Shown piece by piece: positions 34,981 to 46,600 of a DNA stretch of 64,000 nt. The position numbers were made by a program, and so were the translations under genes. The DNA is from Mytilus trossulus (lineage: Eukaryota): NCBI RefSeq assembly GCF_036588685.1, contig NC_086376.1, positions 45,074,001 to 45,138,000 on the forward strand, written 5' to 3'. How positions within the stretch are numbered: the first letter of the stretch is position 1; every line of letters begins with the position of its first letter. The notes beneath the pieces are model-generated. The model was not told where the DNA came from and ran no database searches. It saw nothing but the letters and a program-made list of their open reading frames with translations.

Positions 34981-36814
34981 ATGTGCCTTGATTATAATTG
35001 AAAATGAGTAAATGGAAAAAATACCCAACTAAAATACACTTTTATTTTAATATTGGTAATATCACTAAGTAAAAGTTTTGTGTGTCAAACACACCATCTC
35101 TGTAGTAATGACTCCTTACTAAGATGTTTCACTTCATTCATTTTTTTTCTGCATTTTTTTATATTTTGAATTTATAGAATTATTATATTAAAATGTAGCC
35201 TTAATTTATATTTAAAAAAAAACAGAATCTAAAGCCAGATATATCAAACATTTGTGTTTCCATCTATCCGTTTTCAGGACTTTAACAATCAACAATAACA
35301 CGCCTGGAAAGTAAAATGCGTACTCGGCTGTCTGTAATCGACCATTTTTAGACACCCCAGGCTCCTAAAAAAACAAGCCGGGTGGGGGTTCAAAGATGCA
35401 AATTAAGTACTTATATCAATATTTTATCTTTTCGTGTACGGTTTATGACCCCTCCTGTGGCCTGTCAATTCCGAAATGTGCAAACTGCAATAGTATCAAA
35501 ACAGCACAGACAATGAATAATAGAGATATAATTTTGTACATATATCAAGGGGAAACTTCTTGCAAAGCATTATTATTTATAGTTCATTATTGTATTTAGT
35601 AGAAAAAGAGAATTAAGTGGAAAAAAAATCACTATTTTTGTAGAAAATTTCCAGACCTTTGTACAGAGATTTTTGTTATGTTTAGCATGGGATCAACACA
35701 ATGGTTTATTACCGACGGTAAAAAAAATCAAAATGTCTATCTACCTTGCACATTTCAGAAAATTCAGATCAGATAACGGAACTGGTTCCAGCAACATTTA
35801 TAAGCAATTTAAGATTGTGACCCTCACAGTTTCCATTCACCACAAATATTCTCGTTACAACGAATCATTTTCAATACAAAAAAATACGTGTTGCATGCAG
35901 CCTTTTGTTTATCTATTAATATATGTATACGGATAAAGTTAAGTAAGGCAGCAGGGTCATCAGGGTGAGGAGTCCATGTCATCTGAAATAAATGCTAAGT
36001 ATAGATCTAGAAAGCGAAATATAATCATGACATTAAAAAAGTCTCTTCTTTTCGACTTTTTTCGAACAAATTGACACATAAAATGAATTATATAGTATTG
36101 TGGAATTTTTAACTTATTTTAGAACCGGGCTGAAGTACGTATTTTAGATACTATATATAAATTGTTATCTGATATTGAACGAAAGATGTTGCCCTTTTAT
36201 GTTATTATGTAATACAAGTTAAGATAATTTGAAAACACATATTAAACAGCCAAATGGATGCACAAGAGCTAAAATAGGAGTCATAGATCCTGTTGGCAAC
36301 AATTATCTGGCTAATTTTATTGATTTTGTAACATTTGTTTCAAATATGACCAACTTCTTATCCAAAATCACCAGCACCGTATCAGGACCCACCAGCACAA
36401 TGACAGGACCCACCAGCACAGTATCAGGACATGAATAAATTGAGAAAATGCTAAATTTTGATAAATTGCAATGTTTTTTCACAAAATTGTTTTATCGTGT
36501 GGATTGCGGTATAGAAAGCGGACTCTATGAGCATTTTTGTTTTATTTTTTCAGTTCGAGATTTTCTGAAAATGAGCATTTTTGTGTTACGCTTACTGAAA
36601 CAGTTTAGAGGGTCATTTTTTAAATGGTTTATATATGAACCCCTAAGAAACGAAATGGAAAAATCTCAACTGTTTTCTTCCATTTTTTATGAGTGAAAAC
36701 GTCAAAAATCATCATTTTCGTCTTTGTTTACATTTTTTCATTGATCACCAGCACCCGTCAGGACCAAATCACCAGCACAGTACGTTCTCTCGCAGGACAA
36801 CCATACCCACCGTG
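33704..36814. mobile_element. Non-autonomous DNA transposon (3111 bp) with 69-bp perfect TIRs and 5-bp TSD; Transib/RAG-like
   Basis: TIRs at 33704-33772 and 36746-36814 begin CACGGTGGG. TSD CAATT at 33699-33703 and 36815-36819. Subterminal GTCCTG-N4/5-GTGCTGGTG repeats occur at both ends. No long ORF. Confidence 0.85.
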
Positions 36815-37030
36815 CAATTTACGAAGGGATGATTTCAACGTCACCACTTTGAACTCTTGGTTCAATTGCTTTTGTGAGCAGCAACCCTCTACCAAGGATA
36901 AAGAATAAAGATATATAATGAAATCGTGTTAGGAAACGCAAGCCCTGATATATCGTATCAACTGGGATAAAGATATAATTGCTCCTTATGCATGCGCTGC
37001 TGGAATACAAATAATTAAAATGCAAGGATA
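36815..37030 (-). mobile_element. Penelope-like retroelement relic (continues at about 33480-33703 across the transposon)
   Basis: Frameshifted remnants resemble the PAAPAYGVYISQLIRY...LLT.KLL.QG region of Penelope-like ORFs. Nucleotide match to 1050-1147. Confidence 0.55.
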
Positions 37031-37619
37031 AATGAAATCAAGAACACCATCATGTATAGAATTTTTGTAAAGGAATCCGAGCTAGTGGAGCACATGAAAT
37101 CCATATCTTTTTTTTCTAATTGAATATTTTTGCACATTTGTTAATCTCGGAATAATATTAACAGTCTGCACCAAAAACTTTTTCAACTACTAGTCCCAAG
37201 ACCAATATTCCAACATTTTTCTTATTGGTCAAAACAAAACAAAAATGACTGTAATGTCCTTTGTATTGCTCGAAATGTGTAAAAGAAAGTTTTGACCAAC
37301 ACGAGAGTGGTATATGTGTTACTTTATTTGTTTTGCTGTAAAGCTTCAAGTAGAAAATTAACACCTTTGCGAATACTTAGTTGTTAACTTTCATGACATA
37401 TGGCTTCTGGTGGAGTGTTGTTTCATTGGCAACCTTCTCATTCTTATATTTATATGAAAGTAATGTTACACACAATTACAGAAATTTTGACAATTTGATT
37501 TTGGTGGAATGATAATTTGCCGACAATATTTTAAAATGAATATATAAGAATTATGCTGATTACTGGAATATGTTAATTTAAATAGCTTTCATTGAAACAA
37601 AAAAATGATTTAAGTCATA

Positions 37620-37900
37620 CTAGTTATCAAATGTACCAGTCTTATCATTTGATACACTAGACGCGTGTTTCGTCTACATAAGACTCATAAGTGACGCTCA
37701 GATCAAAATTGTTAGAAAGCATAAAGTTGAAGAGATTTGAGGACCCAAAATTCCAAAAGGTTGTGCCAAATACGGCTAAGGTAATATAAGCCTGGAATAA
37801 GAAAATCCTATAGTATTTCGAATAATTCAAACTTTTGCAAACAGTAAATTTCTAAAAGTGACCATATAATTGGTAATCATGTCAACAACGAAGTGCTGTC
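37620..37900 (-). mobile_element. Retrozyme-type repeat with mutated hammerhead (37655-37699)
   Basis: Minus strand: gagcgtca-CTTATGA-GTC-ttatgta-GAC-GAAA-CACGCG-TC. The body matches 54340-54590. Confidence 0.7.
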
Positions 37901-38815
37901 AGTCATTCTAGTCATATTTAGTCCAAAACTTTTACAAATAAAGCAATTTTGTTTTCTTTTTGACACTTCTGTGTCCTTTATATCTTATTTTACGGAATGG
38001 GACTGATTAATTTTGCTCATGGTTGAAAGTCGTACGCTATGGTGTTGCTAAAATAACTTTACTTTTGGTATTGGGTGGAAAGTTGTCGTTTTGGCAATAA
38101 TAACCAATCAATCTCCTTTTCATAATGTAAAATGCATTGTTCGCAAGTAAATGTCATGGAAAAACAAGGATATTGAAAAAGTTGTTTATTTTTTACTTTT
38201 TAATTCTCATGTGTCTCCTTGAAAAATATACAACTTTCTAAAGTATTCTCCACAAGTGTAAGGCTTTAAGTTCGATAATGTCACAGTGTACTTCAAATGT
38301 TTTTGTTATTAGGAAACTTTAACTTCAAGCCCTGTGATAAAATAATAATGTAAACTTCGGCGTAGATACTCGTGAAATGTACAACAAAGCACTCCATTAA
38401 GAAATTTACATTTCAAATAATTTACTGAAATAACGCATTACTTGTCCAATAGTAACAAAGCAACATGAGCCAAATCGTCATTTTATCTTCTAGGATTAGT
38501 AACACAAGTCATTTTAATAATTCTGTTTTTAAACAATTTACACATTTAATTAACTTAAAACTTGATAAATACCAAAGGTCATTGTTGATATAGAAAGTTT
38601 CTCAAGCTGAGGACGATATCGACCTGATAAGCAACCAGTGGCTACAAACAAATACCAGAGTTCCCAGGGAAGGACATTCATCTTGGTATGATACATTGAT
38701 TCAAAATTTCTCTTACCTTTCATATGTTATATAAATATTTGTGCATCAAGTTTGTTGTTTTAACATCGGTCAAAGCTGTGGACGAAAGAGTTTACTTTTG
38801 ATTTAAAAACACACA

Positions 38816-40544
38816 ATGATAATTAAAACAGTATTGAGAATTTTATTTTTCACAATTCCATTGGTAAGTATATTTTAACGTATTTTGCACATATATATGC
38901 CAACGCACCAATTATTGTTAATTTTAAAGTTTTGCGATTTTCTAGAATTAAGAAAGTTAAAACGCTTATCTGTAGAATATTATTGTTTATTTAAACAAAC
39001 TTGGTTCTTATTAGATATATTTTGTATATTCCTGTCAAGCAAACATTTTGACCTTGAACATGTCTTCAATCGGCTTTATAAACTAATAATGACTACAGTA
39101 CTGATACAGCCTGCAACTTCTAATTGTATCTTGAGCTCCATTGTATTAAAACAATGCAAGTGCTGCTCATTTGAAATGTATTATTTCTCGTTTTAATTGT
39201 TTTACATTGTCTTATCGGGGCCTTTTATAGCTGACTATGCGGTATGGGATTTGCTCATTGTTGAAGGCCGTACGGTGACCTTTAGTTGTCAATGTTTGTG
39301 TCATTTTGGTCTTGTGTGGATAGTTGTCTCATTGGCAATCATACCACATCTTCTTTTTTATATTATAATTGTACGCTAGTGCTTTGTGTAATTGTATAGC
39401 ATGTACATCAAGGAAAATAATACCATATAATTGTTTTGCGTCTGACGCACTTTTCTTGATTAAGCTCGAATTGGAAAGCTGAAACACAAAACAAACTGGA
39501 AACCAATGGCCGGTTTATAATAAAACATAGCCTCCTTTCACGTTGAGACTGAAATCAAGCGAATGAAATACATTATGTATTAGGTGTTGTGTAGCTCTTG
39601 CATTATCAGAAACATTAGTATGAATAATGTCCCACAAAGAACTGTTCAGTGTAAGAAAATAACACACTTATGATCAATTATGTTCAAACTCCAAATATTT
39701 GTATAAAGTTGGTTATTTTCTTAATAATTGAATAAATATATTTCAAATTTCACAAAAAACTTACACAGATATATCGGGACATATTTTAAGACCGTTATAC
39801 ATATCACATTAAAAGTGCTTTAAATTTGTAGCTTGTGATTGTAAAAGAAATCAAGGAAAATTGACCGTGCTCATGGCTCAAATCAGATTTTAGTTTTTAT
39901 TTAAATCTTTTTTTGTAAAAGATCAAAATTTTCGAACTCTTAAAGGTTCAAGAATAAGTGAACCATCTTATGTTGACTGTTTTTTTTTTATTCTTCACTA
40001 TAATGACCTGAAAACTAAGAATGTTCAATAAACATTTTTGTAACGGTTATTGTGTTCGACCAAAATGTAATTAAGTTTTGTCTAATCAGATATAGACTTC
40101 ACCCTCCCTTCCACCTTACACCGACCTTCTTCCGTCTTTTTTCCCGAATATCTCAATGATAAACAAACAAGATAATTAATCTTATGGTTATCATGAGATA
40201 AAACACTAAATTTACCCATGATCATGTTTGTTATTGCTTTTATTCTTTAACAGGGACAAAATGCACAAACTACTTCATTCAAGGAAGTATTCACGGAGTT
40301 TGCTCTTGTTTTTATCCAACAAATTAAAGCAAATTCCCCTCAAGATTTTCATTTTCTCTTATATGATTTGAATCTTTCAATTGATTTGAAAAAACAACTT
40401 TGACTTGATTTCTAAAAACTGAAATCTGAAATACATGACCATTTATTTTACAAAGACTTAATTTAAACTATAATTGTTCAGACAGAATTGAAGAATGTTT
40501 ATAACAGGTGCTCAAAATTTCTTTGTGTTAAGATATCATAAACG

Positions 40545-40612
<68 letters not shown>

Positions 40613-43600
40613 ATGCTTAATATGGTTTTTTTTCTTTTTCTTTTCATTAATTTTAGATATGATTTAATTGTTTTGAAATGAATACAAATGTTCTCACTTA
40701 TTTTTATCGTCGTCTGTTATTTGTGTACGTAGTGGATTTTTTTCTTATATCTTTTGCTACGCGTTATCAGAGTCTTTGAAATGCATAAATTTCGTTTTTT
40801 TCTTTAGCTCAAATAAAAACTGAAAACAACATTTTATAAAAAGCCATTCGAATTCGTCTGATGCGCTTTTCTGAATTTAGTTCCAGCAGAACGCTCAAAG
40901 CCGGACAAGCCAATGGTGTATCATTTGAAGAGCATTATGACCAAAAATGACTAATCAGTGAAAATTCCCTTTGTAAAAGCATGGAATTGTAGTATGACTA
41001 CCAATGAGACAACGATCTACATAAATTAAAATGAAGTGGTTGTAAGCAATTATAGGTAACCGTACATGCATACACACGGAATGTAAAATGCATTTTTCTT
41101 GATTTTCAGTTAATAATAATAAGAAGGGACAGGCAATTACGTAAGATATACAGAACAACAAAAAATTAGGATTAAAATTCCTACAAAATTAAATGACGAG
41201 AAAAAAATACCCAAAATGTAAGCCTTGATATTGCGACGCCCATTATCTTATATATCTTATGTATGTCAGTCGATTTATCTGTATTTATTTTCGGATAAAC
41301 TTCTTTTTCAGTTACTCAAAACTTCATAAATATAGAGATTAATTAGGTATAAAGTAAGTAAATAAAGTCGACTGTCTGTAAAAGGAATTCAAAGTAAGCA
41401 GGTTTAATTTGCGTCCGAATGGGATATGTGTAATAAATGACTGTGCTATTACTAAATAGAATGATTGAAGACTTAAAATGCACTTTACGGTTTTATAGTA
41501 AGTCTTTAAAGACGTCTTCATAGCATAATTACAAACAGATAAGATATGATGGTAAACTTATTACTCTTAGCTGCAAATTATTTTATCAACGCAAAGCATT
41601 GACATGTCATCCTTTTTGCTAAAAGTTGTAGCTTCAATTGAAGTTGAGATTTTTTTATTTTTTTATACCCTTCTATAGAAAACCTCTACAATCAAGTCTT
41701 TTTTTTTTCTTTTTCTTTCTTCAAAAAATAGCAATGTGATTTTTTTAAATAAAGCAACACTTAAAAATAATCATATCGCCTTCTTACAAAATCCACGTCA
41801 TGTGGACTCTAGCTAGGGTATGGATAGTTGTCTAATCGCCCTCTTAAAAAATATACGTCATTTAAACTATAGCTAGGGTATGGATGATTTTCTAATCGCT
41901 CTCTTTCAAAATCCACTTCATTTGGACATAGTTAGGATATGGATAGCTGTTTAATCGCCATATGACATAAATTCATGTCATTTAGAATGTAGCGACGATA
42001 TGGATAGTTATCTACGTGCCCTCTAACCAAATCTGTGTCATTTGAAATATAGCTATGATATGGATAGTTGTCTAAACGCCCTCTTACAAAATCCATGTCA
42101 TTTGGACTTTAGCTAGGATATAGATAGCTGTTTAATCGCCGTCTAACAAAATCTGCGTCATTTGGACTCGAAGTATGATATATATAGTTGTTTACTTGCC
42201 CTCTAACAAAATCCGCGTCATTTGGACTGTAGCTATGATATGGATAGTTTTCTATACGCCCTCTTACAAAACCACGTCACTTGGTCTTTAGCTAGGATAT
42301 GGATAGCTGTCGCCGTCTAACAAAATTCATGTCATTTAGATTCTAGCGAGGATATGGATAATTGTCTACTTGCCCTCTAACAAAATCCGCGTCATTTTGA
42401 CTCTAGCGAGGGTATGGATAGTTGTCTAATCGCCCTTTAACAAAACCCACGTCATTTGGACTCTAGCTAGGGAATGGATAGTTGTCTAACACCCTCTAAC
42501 AAAATTCACGTCATTTTGGACTCTAGCTAGGGAATGGATAGTTGTCTTACACCCTCTTACAAAATTCACGTCATTTGGACTCTAGCTAGGGAATGGATAG
42601 TTGTCTAACACCCTCTTACAAAATCCACGTCATTTGGACTCTAGCTAGGGTATGGAAAGTTTTCTAATCGCCCTCTCACACAAAATCCACGTCATTTGGA
42701 CTCTAGCTCTAGGGTGTAGATTGTTGCCTTAACAACATATAACAAAACCCACGTCATTTGAAACTCTGGCTAAGGTATGGATGGTTTGCAATTTTCCTCT
42801 AACAAAATCAACTTCATTTGGACACTAGCTAGGGTATGGATTGTTGTCTAATCGCTCTCTCACAAAATCCACGTCTTTTGGAATCTAGCTAGGATATGGA
42901 TGGTTGTCTAATCTTCCTCTAACAAAATCCAAATCATTTGGACTCTAGCTAGGATATGGATGGTTGTTTAATATTCGTCTAACCAAATCTTCGTCATTTG
43001 GACTCTAGCTAGGGTATGAATTGTTGTCTAACCACCCTCTAACAGAATTCACGTCATTTGGACTATAGCGCATGGATAGTTGTCTTAACACCCTCTTACA
43101 AAATCCACGTCATTTGGACTCTAGCTAGGGAATGGATAGTTGTCTAATCGCCCTCTAACAAAATCCACGTCATTTGGACTCTAGCTAGGGTATGGATAAT
43201 AGTCTAATCGCCCTCTAACAAAATCCTCGTCATTTTGGATTCTAGCTAGGGTATGGATAGCTGTTTAATCACCCTCTAACAAAAGTCATGTCATTTGGAC
43301 TATAGCGCATTGATAGTGGTCTAATCGCCCTCTCCCAAATTCACGTCATTTGGACTCTAGCTAGGGTATGGATAGTTGTCTAATCGCCCTCTAACAAAAT
43401 TCACGTCATTTGGACTCTAGCTATGGTATGGATAGTTGTCTAATCGCCCTCTAACAAAATTCACGTCATTTGGACTCTAGCCAGGGTATGGATATTTGTC
43501 TAATCGCCCTCTAACAAAATCTACGTCATTTGGACTCTAGCTAGGTTATGGATAGTGGTCTAATCGCCCTCTAACAAAATGCACGTCATTTGAACCCGAG

Positions 43601-46600
43601 CTAGGGTATGGATAATAGTCTAATCGCCCTCTCACAAAATTTCACGTCATTTGGACTATGGCGCATATATTGTTGTTTTATTGACAATAGTAACACCATC
43701 ATCAATCTTCTTATGTCATACTGTAATATCAAGACAACACAAACAAACATACACGCAATGGTAAATAAAATGCCATACATATAATCAAACACAGCCTACC
43801 CCCCTATGATGAACTCGCAACCCGTTTCTTTTCAAGATTAGTACAAGTATATGAAGTCTTTATTAATTTCACATACTTCGTATTTAGATATAGATATGAT
43901 TTGTACCAGAGACATATGTAATGTCCCTATACTATACCATGCCTCTGTTTGTACTAACAAGAAACAAAAGCTTCTGTTTCTATTTAGCAACGGTATCTAT
44001 AAATTTTACTTCAATGACAATGACACAATTTTATAACTACTGAATAAATGATTAATTGCAATGTATTGTTTCAAAATGTTATGTTGCTACACTTTTAGTC
44101 TTTATAAAGATCCATGTTCTGAACATAAACAAAAACTAAATTTTCATTTTCGATCACCTTTTCATCAAACTTTTTTCATTTTAGTTATACAAAACAATAT
44201 ATGAAGGTTTTTTTGCCGTTCAGACTCTTTTGAAATTTGAATTGCTTTATTGTTTGAATAATTATGTATGTTACAGTTCTGGAATGACGATAAAAAAAAT
44301 ATCAGAAATGCCCACTTTTGTTTTGAAATTAATAAGCTGTAAAATAAACAACTCTTGCATAAGTTTTGTTTCTATTGAGTAGTTCCAAATCAAAACAAGT
44401 ACTTTTTTTCGCGTTGTTTGTTGGTTCGAGGTGTATATTCACTTAAGACACTAATTTTCATCTAAACAATGGCCTTCAATTCAAACATTTTCATATCAAT
44501 ATTTTCAATTTGTTCTCGGATTTGAAAATATTACTAGATGATAACTATTCTAAACATACAGAAAATGTAAATATTAACGTGGGTGTTTTTGGTGGTTGTA
44601 TTGTATCACATTGATATCACCAGGGAGGGATGAATATAGGTTAGCACTTTGGTTTAAGATCGAATGTACAAGAGGTCGGACAGCTATTATAACGAAAAAA
44701 GGGACTGGCAAGTATAGGAACATTTGCACATTTGCAAGAATATATTGCACCGACTGTGAATATATATCATGCATCTTCATACTTTTCGTGGTATTTAATA
44801 TAAAATGACGAGTCTTTTGTAGACGAAACGCGCATCTGGAGTGAAAACAATACTAAAATTTCAATCCTGGAAACTATGATGAATTTATTTACAGGTACTG
44901 AGTCGATGCCACTGCTGATGAGGTTTTTATTCCCCGAGGATATCACCAACCCAGTAGTCGACACTTCTGTGTTCACATTAACTAACATTGATATGGTCAT
45001 ATTTATAAATCAACTGTTTACAAAATTTGGATTTTTGAAATGCTAATGATTTTCTACAACAGTTGTAGATTATCTTAGCTGTGAAAACTTTTGGCAAAAC
45101 TTTAAGAACATTTGGTCCTCAATGCTCTCCATTTCGTACTATGTTTGGCCATTTTAACCTTTTTTTATTAGAGCGTCACTGATGAGTCTTTTGTAGTCGA
45201 AACCCTCATCTAGAGTAAATGCAAAATGTCAATCCTAGTATTTATGATGAGTTTACTCAGTTGTCCAGTCATGTTACAGAGCTGATAATTTGGACAGACA
45301 TTAAAAACGTTGGCCAAACGAGGGCCAAACATTGCTTCATTTTTTTATAATCTGAATAATAATGGGATTAGTTTTAGGTTTGATAAATAAAAATCATCTC
45401 TAACTAAAAGCTCACCAGAAGTGATCTTCGTCTGTATATAAGCCTAATAATCTGCGCTCGTACCAAAACAGTTGGAATTTCTAAACTTAAACAAGTTTTA
45501 CGGTTGAAAAGAAAGAAATTAAAAAATAATCATTTATGCATTGGGAAAACCTTAGTGATAACTAATTTTAACATTTTGTGCGCAGATTATTTATAACAAA
45601 TGACCTCATCCCAGCTCTTGAAGTGTTTACTACTGTGCCGCTGCGCTGGTGTTTCCATTTGGGACGGTTACTTTACCAGCAGTTTCACCAACCGTTTACT
45701 CAAGGAAAAAATCACTAAAATGATAATTGTCATACTAGTAACCAAAACATAGCTACTCTGAAAAAGAAGCATTTTTTTTTCTCTAAATTTCATTTTTTAT
45801 AATGTTCAATCAAGTTCTAATTGTCCCTTTTTGCATACACTTGACATGTACATATATAACTGACAAGTCAATGAAAATGTACAATGATTATCTAAACTGA
45901 AGGGTCGTCCAAGTAGAGTTGAAGCATACTGATTACCCGAACAACGAGTACATGTCAGTGTTATTTAAACTTTCCTTTCGTTTCATCTTTAGATAACCAT
46001 ACACATGATCTGATAAAATTGTTTAATAATAAGAATAAATATATGAGACATTTTTAATTTAGATCTTTTGAATTATTCTTTCACACGATAATTAATTTAA
46101 ATATAACGTTACAGACATTGACTCATTTCTTTCTCCCTCTTCCTTTTACGAGAAGATTAACAAGGAAATTAAAACAGGATGATGTCTTCTACATTAATTT
46201 TGTACGTTTAAAATCAAACAAAACATTACAAACATACTGCACTTGATAAACTGGTGACAAAATAGAACTCATCAATGTTTGGAATTTCTCCTTGAGACAC
46301 TATATTGAATATTAGTCGACAAGAAACGTTTCAGATTTATTATCAATAATGTAAATAAATTATTATATATCTTTATTTGCAAAACATACAAAAAACAAAT
46401 TTGGTTGTGGCAAATACATTGACAAACAAACATAATGAAACATAATGAAAACTCGACAATATTATAAGAAATATGATAAAAACAGTTACTGTTCTCCTTT
46501 CCTCTGTTCTAATGACTCTTTAAGGTAGCACAATACAAAGATTTTATAACTCCAACTCCCACGTTTTAAAATGTTGTAACTTTCTTAATAATGCTTGCAA

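Noticed and set aside
41776-43665. CRISPR array or repeat-protein coding region
   Set aside because: The units are whole-length tandem copies with no unique spacers, the context is eukaryotic with no cas genes, and the consensus has stops in all six frames.
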